41,176 nucleotides of DNA from positions 1 to 41,176 of the forward strand of contig JYFJ02003462.1 in assembly GCA_000934665.2 (NCBI GenBank), in the 5' to 3' direction. Under the pieces are notes generated by a model. That model saw only the letters and a program-made list of their open reading frames with translations. It ran no database searches and was not told the origin of the DNA. This document shows, piece by piece, positions 12,916-24,854 of this stretch (within the stretch, counting starts at the first letter, position 1; every line of letters begins with the position of its first letter). A program made the position numbers and the translations under genes. Source of the stretch: Catajapyx aquilonaris. Lineage: Eukaryota.

Positions 12916-15900
12916 CCCAACTGCCAACTGTTGCCTACAAATTGACATGATTGAAACTCAAATTTCTGTCACACCCACCAGAGCTTGTTGAGTGCTGGCA
13001 TCGTAATGAGTGTTATTTATCCTACCTGCCAGCCTTATGGGGACAGCGTGGGAAGTGACAGCAGTCCAATAAAGGTGTAACCTTGCGATATATCGACCAA
13101 CACACGTATCTCCACACACTCTAACATATTAGCCTGCAGTCATTAGAAGCTGCGAAAATCGAACAAATTGACTTCTGTGGTGAGAGGGACTTGTGCAAAA
13201 TCCGACCTTGCACAGTATCTTGCCTGTGGGCTGGGCTGGGACCTTGTGACGTTACATTAAAAAAGAGAAATAAGAAATGTTGAGGTGATTTCTGGGCACA
13301 GCTGAATGGCCATGTGAGTCAGATGGAGCCTTTACCATTCCTCTTCAACCTTGTACGAATGAGTGGTCTCCACAGCATGATGCATCGTGTGAGCAGGCCT
13401 ATGGCTATATCCGGGTCTATGGCTAATCCTTGCACTCGTTTGTTTTTACACTTGAAGAAGCGTTACATCACTATTAGTCAAGGGAAGATCATCGCTTTCT
13501 TTTCACTTTGCCGGAATCGTGGATTTTGTAAATGCATCGGTCGTGACAGGAGTACAGGGTGAGGCGGGAAAGAACAGGTTACATCAGATTGTACCTTGCC
13601 GAATTATTCCTCCTACGCTGAATTTTAATATTGGGTGTCGTAAATAATTTTAAAACAACATTCTCGAGTATTTTAGGTGGCTGTAAGAATGTTTTCTTCA
13701 TATGAACTGCTAATAAGAGAGAGAGAAAAAACGCGTACTTGTTCAAGGTTAAAATCGGGGTTTTCCCAATCACCTGAATGTACTGTATGTATATGAAAAA
13801 ACCTATTATGGATGAAATTGAGTTCCATAATTATTGCAAGTGTCTTCCCATTATCTCAAAATAAACAGTGCAAAAGTACTCGATATAAAGAGTTCATATA
13901 AATTAATAATGCTAAAATGAGCTGTAGCAAGCCGTGTTGCACATACGAGGAAAAATAAAAATGGCGTTAAAAACTCAAGTGGTCACTTGCTCGTTCTTTT
14001 AGGTTTCACTTTCTTCTTCCCGATATATATGTTTCCCAACTAAGAAACCACCCACCGTAACCACTGCCATATAACAATCCTAACTACATCTTGTACCAAG
14101 CAAGCGGAAGTTACGAGCCAGCACTTCGGGGAATTCCTGCTACAGCATACTGTACGCATGTATGTAAATCAGAGGACCCTAAAGTGCAAAACAACCGGAA
14201 GTACGCCTGATATAATTTTTTTGTGTGTCCGACAATACTTTTTTTTCACATATCATGTCACGTGTACTTAATTGTTTGAACATTGCGCTGTACGTGATAA
14301 CCAGTTCGTGACGTCAGAATTTCGTCACTGCTACTTGAAAGTGCGATTAGCGTCTATACGTAGGTAACATCTGGAAGGTGATAATAGTGCCCAATAAAAA
14401 GTACCGGCATAGCTATAAAATTTCTGTTTTTATGTTGTGCTAATAGTTTTCTCAATATGTTGTCACATATTGCATTTATAGTGAAAAATATCGGACGTTG
14501 ACACTAGTGTAGTTTCTGATTACAATCCGCTCAATTTTCATACGCACATTTTTTATTTAAAAAAAATGCAAAACAGGAAACGCCTCAGGTGGCACTTGAC
14601 CCTGATTCCTTAGATGACCCTAACCGATAAGAACATCTCCAACCACCCCCGCACTTTCCAATCCTTAAGAATCAGGTCCACGCAACGTCCTCTTTCTTCA
14701 ACCTGCCTTCATTTCTGAATTTCAACAATACCGAAACAAAAGTTATTTTATCGCACATTTTTCTCATCATATGTTTTGGTGGTAGTGCGTGAGGAGAGAA
14801 AGTCTGCTCTTTTTTTCCCACACGTACAACACGCCTGAATCGAATCATACCCAAATAGAGAAAAAAAAGTGGGTGCCCTTGAATAGCATCTTATGTTGCC
14901 CAGGAAGTCTGAAGATCGAGGACTGAAAAGCCTCGAACCGTGAGGAACTTGAGCCCGTGACTATCATCGGGGGAAACATTTTTATAAAAGGCCAGGGACC
15001 TTTTTCTCATAAGGGTCTTAACAATAACTTACTAAAAATGGGTCCTGAAAATATCGATTACACAATACTGATAGCATATGTGATATCCAAGAAAAGATTA
15101 CGATTTGGGTTCTGCATGCCTGAAAACTGAGTGTAACATAAGGCCACAGATGGCATTGAGGGAGAAATAACATCAAGGTTTATTTAGTTTGGGTGAAAGT
15201 TGAGCCTTTTTATAGCCGGGTGAGCTCATAGTCTTGGTGAATAAGTAAGGAATATAAAAAAAGACATTCTCGGATATCAGGAACCCTTTGAGTTTCATCA
15301 CGTGCGATGTCACTCACATATATAATGTAGGAGTAGTATTCCACAAAGCGACAGCCGACAAATAGCAAAGTTCATTGTGTATGTGGTTGGTATTTATAAA
15401 GTAATATTGCGACGTACTGTACGGTATGAATTCACGTGCGTGGATTACAAATATTGCACACGTGTCCAAAATCCCTGATGGCATCAAATAACTGTTACCT
15501 GGTGCCGTATGCAATTAGGAAGTTGCATTGTTATGTAATCCTTTAAATTATATAGGAAGCGCGTTAGACATCAAATACAAAAGAATCAGAAAAGTGTGCG
15601 ATATAGGAACGAAATCCGGTGCTGTGGGGGCGGAATGGCAGCTTCTAATATAATTATTGTGAAGAACGCTTTCGTTCGTGTTGGGGAGCAATGTTTACTG
15701 CAGACAATAGTCTCGTGAGGAAACAAAAGGGAGTCAGAGAAACTTTGCGACCTGCTGCTTACTAATGAATAGTCCTTAAGCCGCATTTCTCCCTGCCAGG
15801 ACCGTTACTTACGCTTTACGACTCAGAGACTCAATTAGCGGTCTACGCACGCAGGAAACAGTGTTGTTATTGTTGGTTCCGCATGTTCTTCCGCCTAGTT

Positions 15901-18123
15901 TCGCATAGGACATCTACTGGATATCCTGCAAGTCAAAAATCATGCTCCAGTAAAATATGATTGTCCAAACAAGTCATATATCATCGTTAAAATATCTGCG
16001 AATCCTAGAAAGTAAGCATGTCCTGAATTGTTGCATTGTTGCATTCTCACCAGACCAGCAACAAGGGGGCATTAGTCCACGAAAAATGAGATCATTTAGG
16101 CCTGTAATGATGTACCATCTCCCCACAATTTTCTAAGCCAGGTTTGTGGCTTCCTCCACTTCCTCCGTCACTTCCTTCCTATACGTTAGGACCAAGACAT
16201 GTGATGAAGACTGATAACAACTGGAGCCAGAAGATGCAGTGGGCAAGAGCTCCCGTTTCACACATATAGGAAGTAGTGGCAGATGGCCAGAGTTTCCTGG
16301 GGACCCCCAAATGCCCAGCTGCTGTCCACTTCCGCTCTCTGTTTGTTGTCAGGAACAGGAAGTGACCTTTGACAAAACGGTGATTGACGCATGGCACACA
16401 CACACGAGTACTAAGATTCCTTATGATTGTCAAGATTGGAAACAGCTGACTTTCACTATTCAGATGTGGAGATATGTTTATCAGCAATCCCGATCCGCGA
16501 AATGGAAACGAAATTATTATTCTCCGGTGGCAGAGGTCAACGGAAATCACGCCGGATGTGACCCGAGGCCAATAAATGCAGCTTTCGGCGCCCACCCAAC
16601 CGTAAAAAGGCTTACATTGCCGCTTACCTAATACTGCTTTACTTCCTCCACTCTTCATCATAATAATTACGGGACATTGTTATCGCAAGGGTCTGGGAAA
16701 CGCGTTAGGAAAATCCGGATTTAATTAATATTTTTAATGACCATGCTCAAACGCTTTCGCTTCCAGAGGAGGGACCAGGCTCAAGAAATAGAGAATAACT
16801 ATAAGTTTGTAAGACTTCCCCTCCACCCAGCCAATTATAGCCTGCAGGTGGTGCATATACACGATATATGGGCATTCTTGAGCCAGTAGGCGTTATAAGA
16901 ATTCCTTAGTGTTGCTGGGAAAAGCAGTCATGCAACATGCGATTTGAAATAATTATTTTTAAATGAACAGCTATTCTAAGATAGGCAGTTGTGCCATTTT
17001 CCAGGTTGATAGGGTGTGAGGAATATTCAAACAACTAATCAGTGTGCGGCCACATGAGGCCAACACTTAGCCACGCACACTATAAAACTATTGAGGACAA
17101 CCCAACCTGGAGACGTCCCCAAGTGTGGGATGCACACACGACAATATGTGAACCGGAGCGTCCAACAAAAAAATTACCAACCACGTGCCCTATTGTACTG
17201 TATAAGAAGGTCGTTCAATTTGCATAGCTCATAACGACCACCGGAAGCCGCCTCTTCAGAAGCCCCATGAAAAGATAGACTGCATGGCGGCGGCTTCCCA
17301 ATGACGCCCTTGTACTGTACAAACACAGCACACGCGCCTAAGGATGATGACTACTTCTTTTCCATGCCAACAAATCCCACAGGAGTTATTCACCTCGTGA
17401 ACCTTCACGTGAGAATATTACCTGCTCTGGATGGATAGACGACGTGTTCTGGTCGACATTTTCCCGTACAATAATCACGATATTGCTTTCTGGAGGTTAT
17501 CACCACTTTAAAAAAAAACAAAACATCCTAAAAGCAACAACAACAGATAATAAAAAGTGCTTCTGATAATCCAGCAGAGGTTTCTTCTAAGGTAGAGCCA
17601 TCGTAAAACAAGCTACAGCGTATTTTTGGGACGTGCCAAAGAGCAGTCGTTTTTAACCTGAAATCCGATCCTCTTAGGAGCCTGTTTCTGTTTTTGGAGG
17701 CTCCCAGAAAAAAAAATATCAGAAAAAATGTGTATAGNTGTATAGTGGGTGAAGATCACAAAAAAATCGGGTCGGAAAGGATAAAAGGAAAGAGGAAGAG
17801 GTTCTGCTTCACTTCCAGTAGTTGGCAGTGATAAGAAAAGAAGACGTTTTACTACCTTCATTACAACACCAGTGATGTAATTAAAATACTGTCCATTACC
17901 CTGGTAATCGCTCACAACAATTCTTTCAAACGCTTTCAAAGAATGAAAAGAGCAGTTCCTTATGCTTCTAAGAAACTTGTCCATGCAGAAGGTAATGATC
18001 GATTCCGTTCGTGCAAAAGGTTTGGGAGGTCATTGCACACCGATTTACCAGGCGTTCGTGTCTGGCATGTAGAATGTGGGGCTAATTTACACGGTGTCTA
18101 ATCAATATGTGGTTTACTGACAG

Positions 18124-21100
18124 GTGTTGGAGCAGGAGAAACATGTGCTGAAGAGGCGGATGGACAATGAGAGGTCGGAGTTGGAGTCTAAAGTTGGAGA
18201 GCTTCAGTCGGATCTGCAGGAACTTCGGTTGCAACTGGAGGATAATCAGAAGAGCGGGAAGCAGAGCGAGAGAGACAAAGAAACCATCATAGCAGAGATC
18301 ACGGACCAGAACCTGAGGCTCACCAACCAGCTGAAAGAGGTGATGAGCAAGTTCTCCGCTGTCTGCTGATTACCCCTTCCTTCATAACCGTGGCAGGAGC
18401 AGGTTTTTTTTCCTCTCCATAGGCTGCTCCATTCTCTGTCTACTCTCACAACTTTCTATATGGAGGCGTTTCAAGGCTTTGGTTGTTACCTAATGTGTGT
18501 GTTCTGACTGCTGATGAATTGGCATGGGCTACCACACATGCTGCTTCAGATGTTACATGTAATGAACAATGAAACAAAGAGTATAATAATGCATATGCAG
18601 CCCTTTCTCAAAGTACCTTTAAAAATAACGTGCAAATCAACTTTTACCATTTTACATAGAATTGGGAATGAACAGGGCTGTACATGGTATAACATGGAGC
18701 ACTGCGTACATGAGTAGATAAATTTTCAATTATTAAAGACAATTTTATCTTACAACAGATGACCAAAACTGAAGAATTGATGAATTCGCAACTACAGTCC
18801 ATGAAAGATCAGTTTTATGTACGGAGGACCAATCTTCATGACCATGTTAGTCACTTGGAGCTTCTCCGAGATGAGGTTTGTCTTAAATCTGTTTCCTAGT
18901 GCCAGCTGCATGAAATAACTAATTTTTTTGTTTCTTCAGATCAACCTAATGACAACAAAAAAGATGGAGCTGGAGAGGCGGATACAGACCCTTTCAGAGG
19001 AAAGAGACGGCCTTTCCTCAACTTTGGATGAATCAGCAGACAGGATTGTGTTGCTGGAGAGGCAAAGTAGAGAGCAGGATATATTGGTAAGAAAATTGTG
19101 CTTGTAATCTTGACACCAGATCAAACATGGCTTCTTCCTTACATGCAGCTGCGAAACAGTCGCCGGGAACTGGAAGAGCTTCGGGTGACCAACACATCAT
19201 TGACTGACAGGCTGGATACAATGTCTCGTTCGGTGTCATCACCTCCTTCCACAGATCACCAGTCCCTTCTAAATGAAATGGAACTGTCTGAGACTGAAAT
19301 GGGACAGTCTTCACATTCCTCTCAACCAAGGGAGGACTTTTACGACGATGAAGATGCTTCTGGAGCCAATGGCGTTGAATGTGATGATGCCCTCCTAGAT
19401 CCTGTCTTTCCAGATAGGGAGGAACTCCGGCTGGTAAGTCCCTTACTGCAACTATTAACGACTTAACGTACATTTCAAGATTAACGTTAAAACCACATGG
19501 AAAAATCATGCTGCTATTGGGTACTAGGGAAATACTAACTTGCAGACTCAATCACTAGCAACTAATTTCTAATATAAAATAATCGTTTCAGCTGAAGCAA
19601 GAAGTCTTGTCAGCATACCAACAGGCCCGGGCACTCTGTGACCAGCTGAGGCATGTTAGGCGAAGAGACTCCAACACTTCTAGCACCTCTGCAATTGCTT
19701 CTTCCGAGGATGACAGCCTAACGTTAGCAGACGTCAAAGTAAGTTTTCCACAGTCAGAACACTACACAACTTTTTGACAGCGCAAATTTTAAATTACGAA
19801 CATTTGGCACTTACTGTAGAGATATTATAAGATTTATGTTCCCTTAGTTCCCACAATATCTTCACTAAAAATTCTTCTCTTCCCAATGAAACAGGTGGGC
19901 CTGCTAACATGTATAGTCCAGGAGCTTAGAGCTTTAGTACGTGAGCTACTTCGAAGGGAAGCTCGTGGAGGTGGTGCTGGTGCATGCAGGTCTTGTGGCC
20001 GTCACCCAGCTGAGGTTCAAGAGCTTGAAACTGCCTTACACCGTGCCCAGGAAGCCAGTGAGAAGGTTGCTCGTCAGCTGTCAGAGCGGGAAGAGCAGCT
20101 TAAGAGAAAGGCTGAGGAGACTCTTGTGCTGAGTGGACGTGTGACAGTGATGGAAGCAGAAGTTGCAGCAGCAAGAGAGGAGAGGGACCTCCTCAGGGGA
20201 GATCTGTCACATGCATCGGCTTCCAGGGATGAGCTCATCCGCAGGGCATGGGAATCCAGGGACCAGGCTGTGGGTCGGAAGAATGCTTGCGAGATACAGC
20301 TGGCCAGGACCAGAGTGGAACTGGTGCAGGCCAACTCCCAGCTTATGGAGGCTGTGCAGCAAAAGGTGGAGCTGAGCCAACAGTTGGACCAGTGGCAGGT
20401 GAGCATCACGAACGGATTGGGCAAAATTTATCTCCTCAAATGTGACCTTCATCCTGTAATCAGTTGAGTCCACATGGGGAAACATGCTACTTAAAACGTC
20501 ACTTGCTTACATCAGGTGGAATGAAACTTACTGGAAAAATTCAGTGCATCGATGACATTTGATAGTTAACTACGGTCAGTCTCTTGTCTAACTCACCTCA
20601 GATCGTATACATGCACATCAAACTGGTTCTTGTGCCACCAGTGGGAACTGGACTGGGGCCTGTGGGATGTGTATACGAGTGCTGGAGTAGGGTTGGGACT
20701 TAAGCATTCAGAGCATTGCTTCCTCCTCCCCCTCCCCCCTATTTTCCCTTCTATACTTGTTTTTGCATTTTAAAAATTAAACATTTGCATAAAAATTTGA
20801 CAGAAAAATTTGCATTAAATGTAGGCCTACATTAAAATTTAACTCTTGTGATCTATTAGATTTTCAGATCATATTTGGCTCAGTTCGTTTCATTTTAAAA
20901 TGTAAAAAGGAATTTCTCTAATGTCACGAAATCAATATTTCCAAGTTTAATTGTCATCACAGTAGGGCTTAAGAGGTCTGCATGGCGGAGGGATGTGACG
21001 TAGAAGGCAGTGGGAAGTAGGGGGTAGAGGAGGTAGGGAGCGGCAGGGGCCAGAAACCCCCACCCTGACACGTTAGGGGGCTATCTACTATACATTGTCA

Positions 21101-21334
21101 CTCTTAGCTTCTTTAAATCCTCCTAATATTATCTTAATTCATTTAACCTTCTAATGACTTGTCCCATTTATATTCTTAAAGGTGGACATGCAGCAGCTCC
21201 TAGATGAGCAGATGCGTCGCAAGCTGACCACACAAGAACAGAAGGAAAGGCGGTCAGCAAGTGACAGCGACTACAGCTCATCCGGCGGGGAAAAGAAGAG
21301 GAACTCACGATTGTTCTCTCTCTTTCACCGGTAA
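18124..21334 (+). CDS. BICDL1: Bicaudal D-related protein (BICDR-1/BICDL1-like coiled-coil dynein adaptor), 5'-partial, 7 coding exons visible
   Basis: Exons 18124-18339, 18759-18875, 18940-19086, 19149-19433, 19592-19738, 19895-20398 and 21182-21334, all with GT-AG phase-0 introns, join into 522 aa. Family motifs: LEQEKHVLKRR, QSLLNEME, RDQAVGRKNACEIQLARTRVELVQANSQLMEAVQQKVELSQQLDQWQVDMQQLL, C-terminal RLFSLFHR*. The N-terminal exon(s) were not found in the window. Confidence 0.92.
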
Positions 21335-22022
21335 ATGGCAAGCAGCTGGGACCAAAGAGACTTCTTTCAAAAAACCTTGAGTGCAATCAACATCCCATCC
21401 TTCAAATCCCACCTTTGACAACTTGTGTAGAAAAAAAGACTGATCTACCTCTAACTTCTAAATTTTGTTTTCCTCCTCCTCCTCCTCCTTCTCTTAGCAG
21501 TGCCATTTCTACCCGTTCACTTTCCAGTGACCAAAGATTTAAACAATTAACACTGTAGGTTCTCCTGACCTTTTACCATCACTCCTTTCTCTGTTTTTTG
21601 GGAAACACCAAAAAGATATCAAAAGGTTGTGACAAGCCTCATGTGAAAAATGAGAGAGACTTATTTATTGATGAATTGTATGCCAACTGAAATTTTAAAA
21701 CCAAGTGCTTTAATTAATATAGCGTGTTGGATACGACGACCAGGGAGCTCCGTCCAAGTGCCGCCGAATCTCATCCTGTAAATAGTCATGTGTTGGTTGA
21801 TAGCGAGGAAAATGCGCATGAATCTGATGCTGTGCAGCCCTCCCCTTGACAATCAAACAACGGAAACCCAGCATTGTAATGATCCAGCCTTAAAACCAAG
21901 TGCATTAAAAGAAACCATTAATATGATCACAGCCCATATTATTCCAACCTTACAGTCATCTCTACTGCAGAATCACACACTAAGTTCACAATCACAGCCT
22001 AATATCCTACAATTTAAAGAGT

Positions 22023-24368
22023 TCATTTTTTCTTCTCTTCTCTGGGTTGTTGCACAAAGTTGGTCACAATTTCTAAGAATTCCTGTGGCTTTTCTGAGTG
22101 TACCCAGTGCCCAGCATCTTCTATGTATACAAATTCTGCTTTTGGAAACAGAGTCCGGATGCTGTCATGATCTGATGGCCTGTGCAGAGCAAAATCTCGT
22201 GACAAGGTAGGGTACTAGGTAACGTAAATACTGTGAAACCTGTCCATAATGGATCCTGAGTATAGCAGAAAATTGTCAATTGCGGAAAATTTGCTGGGAA
22301 CAGGCATAGGACAAGCATTGTATTTTTAGATGGATCAAGCGTAAACCATTATGAAATTTTTTGGGGGTCTCACGTGATTCCACTATACACAGGTTTCATT
22401 GTATAATGTTGCCTGTAATGTCTTATGGTTCCTGAATAGTCAAAAAAATATTCCATAGCAAAATCTAAGATTTTCTATTTTTTCCCCCTCTGGAAGGACT
22501 TGAGTAAGAACTGTAAACCACTCCTCAGTTATGTAAAGCTGGTGCAGAACCGATGGAGCGTGTTAAAATTCATATTGAGTTACTCTACTGCTCTTATTAT
22601 CTTACTGAAAAAGTAAACAATTGAATAGTGTGAGGTTTAGCAATGTATCAGATTTGGCAGAATACTTTTGAGAAACGCCACAAATGTCATGAGAAGAGTC
22701 AAAAACTATTCTTCTACAGTTTCCAGTCTTGCAATATGGGTAGCCAAAATGAATCTACGCTGGTGCAGCATAACTCACCTGATATAGTCTGAGTTGGCCC
22801 CACCTATGAAGAGTGAACGTCCAGAGTAATTACTACGTCCATCCATGAGGTCTCTTGGGAACTGTGCAATAAAAGGCACAAACTTGTCTGCCAGGACATC
22901 CAAGTTGCATCTCCATTTCACTTGCCCATTCTCTTCAACCAAGTTGGTCAGCACAAACTGTCGCACCATTGGGTCCTGAAAAATAGGAGCAATGAATTAT
23001 CTTCTGCAGGTCATACTATACGTGGGTGAAAGATCATGTTCACATAAGGGAGAAAAGACATCACATGCGGTACTGCCTATGTGACTTAGGCTATATCATT
23101 CAATGCTGATGTCACTTCCCTAAAGGCCTGTTTCCACCGGCATAGTTTTTGAGCACAAAATGAAAAGCACAAAAATAGAGCACGAAATGAAGCTAATTTA
23201 TGGTTACTACTTTATGACTTCATTATTAATTGCATAGCAAGAAAGAATTGTTCTGCCTTGCAATTTGTCCAGAGCAAAAATTATGCTGGTGGAAACAGGT
23301 ATTTACTCCTCACTTATTGGAGTTAGGTTGCAGTTAATAAGCTTCAACTTTGTACTGACAGATATAGTGACTTGAAGCTGGTTGCCTGCTGCCTTCCTGA
23401 CTTGTGATAGCTTAGCACCACTTGGCAGATCAATAGCCTTCATGGCATCCAGAAAGTCCTGCATGCTGTTCAATGATGGAGAATTTGTTGGACTGACATC
23501 TACCACCACCATTCGGTCTACCAGCGATGGCTGGTGAGGAGCCAAATAAAGTCAGACAGGTAGCACCTTAATGTAACGAATTATTATGCTCCAGCCAGAA
23601 AAACCAGCATGATGACTTGCACTGTTGTGAACCTCATTGGCAACACAAACTGCAAATACTCTCCTACAGCGTGAATTAAGTCTTTCACCTGCAAGACAAT
23701 GGGATGTCTTCAGCTGTGGTGCTAACATGGTTCAAAACATTGCCAAGTAATCAACTCGGTTTCACCAGCCTTACTCTACAACCTTCTGCAATGCAGCAGC
23801 CATGACAGCCCTTCCACCCATGCTGTGCCCCATCAGGGTGGCCTCTTTGATCCCCATGCCCTTCATGAGTAGGAATATGTCCTCAGCCATGTGCATGTAG
23901 GAGTGCTCCCCACTGTGCGGACTGTCCCCATGGTTGCGAGCATCGACAGTTATCACCTTCTTCTTGGTCTTCTGATGAAGGGCCTTGGCTATGCTGTTCC
24001 AATTCACCTTGGAGCCCAGGAGTCCATGCACTATAATTACTGGGCTTGGATTCTGGGTGTCCACTGGTGTGGTTGACTCATATGAAGAATACGCTAGGTT
24101 CACCGCAGTCAGGCTGTTATCAGTGGAGAAGAAAGTGATATAATTTTAGTGGGAAATCATAAAAGCCATCCACAATGACTTCTGCTTGCTATGTTCATTC
24201 CCGCAGCTGACTCCACCACCTGGATTTGGCGTGCTGTCCCCCAGTGTTGTAGAGGCAAACGGAGGGTGGCCTGCGACAGAAGAAGACTCCGCTGGTGGGT
24301 CTGTCCTTGCTGGTGCCGGCACCGGACGAAGGTGTCGGAATGCGAGACAACCTCCTCAGAAAATGCAT
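22023..24368 (-). CDS. ABHD11: Alpha/beta hydrolase domain-containing protein 11, complete, 5 exons, 334 aa
   Basis: Exons (minus) 24368-24220, 24113-23783, 23530-23360, 22975-22779 and 22179-22023 with intron phases 2,0,0,2 all consistent. Motifs HGLLGS, DARNHGDSP, nucleophile GHSMGG, VVVDVSP, RQFVLTNL, WRCNL, AGHWVHSEKP. The Arg-rich N-terminus MHFLRRLSRIP resembles a mitochondrial presequence. Exon 1 is the least certain. Confidence 0.93.
22231..22401. mobile_element. Tc1/mariner/pogo-type MITE in ABHD11 intron 4
   Basis: TA|CTGTGAAACCTGTCCATAATGGA ... TCCACTATACACAGGTTTCATTG|TA: imperfect TIRs (consensus CAGTGAAACCTGT) with TA on both sides. Confidence 0.75.
23124..23302. mobile_element. 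PIF/Harbinger-like MITE in ABHD11 intron 3
   Basis: About 28-bp imperfect TIRs AGGCCTGTTTCCACCGGCATAGTTTTTG / CAAAAATTATGCTGGTGGAAACAGGTAT, flanked by TAA and TTA (TWA-type target). Superfamily assignment is inference. Confidence 0.75.
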
Positions 24369-24854
24369 CGTCTCTTATCACAGGGTCTCGCAGAGACACA
24401 AGCAGCCACACTGATCAAGTATAATTCGAATCACACTCGAATGGCTTCTCGCCAGTAGGAGCAAGCCCAATCAAGCAAAGCAGCTGTCGTATCAATAATA
24501 GCAACCTTCGCTAATATTACTGAACTGGTAGGACTGGTACTGAATAAATAAAGCACAGAACGACACAGAATTACCGAAAAATCAATTTGTTACCTGTAAC
24601 CAGAAATCGACCATAAACCACTGTTTCCATGGACTAAAAGCTGCATCCGTCGTAACTAATAATTGCTATTTATAGCTATTGTCAGTAACCGGAATGGCAG
24701 CTCTTCCATCACGGAAAGTGGCAGTAGCAGCGTCAGGCCGATGGTATCGTCGCAGAAGTGAAGCCGCCACAGCTTTCTTTCTGTAAAATTCTGTTCATCG
24801 AAGGCGAGAGAGTTTGGTTGGTTTTGCAGTCGGGTGTCGGCCCCGGTGGGAAGA
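24369..24854. promoter_or_regulatory. Bidirectional promoter region shared by ABHD11 and LIN37
   Basis: The two start codons (24368 minus, 24855 plus) diverge with 486 bp between them, and the interval is CpG-rich relative to the introns. Transcription start sites are not known. Confidence 0.7.

Noticed and set aside
14904..14952. Hammerhead-like fold (CTGAAGA, hairpin, GAAC, GTGA loop)
   Set aside because: The invariant GAAA and UH core positions are replaced (GAAC, GA), so it is not a canonical ribozyme.
16179..17984. ORFs 16239-16631, 16179-16661 and 17613-17984 as BICDR upstream exons or nested genes
   Set aside because: No coiled-coil or family motif and no consistent splice path; one spans an ambiguous base at 17738.
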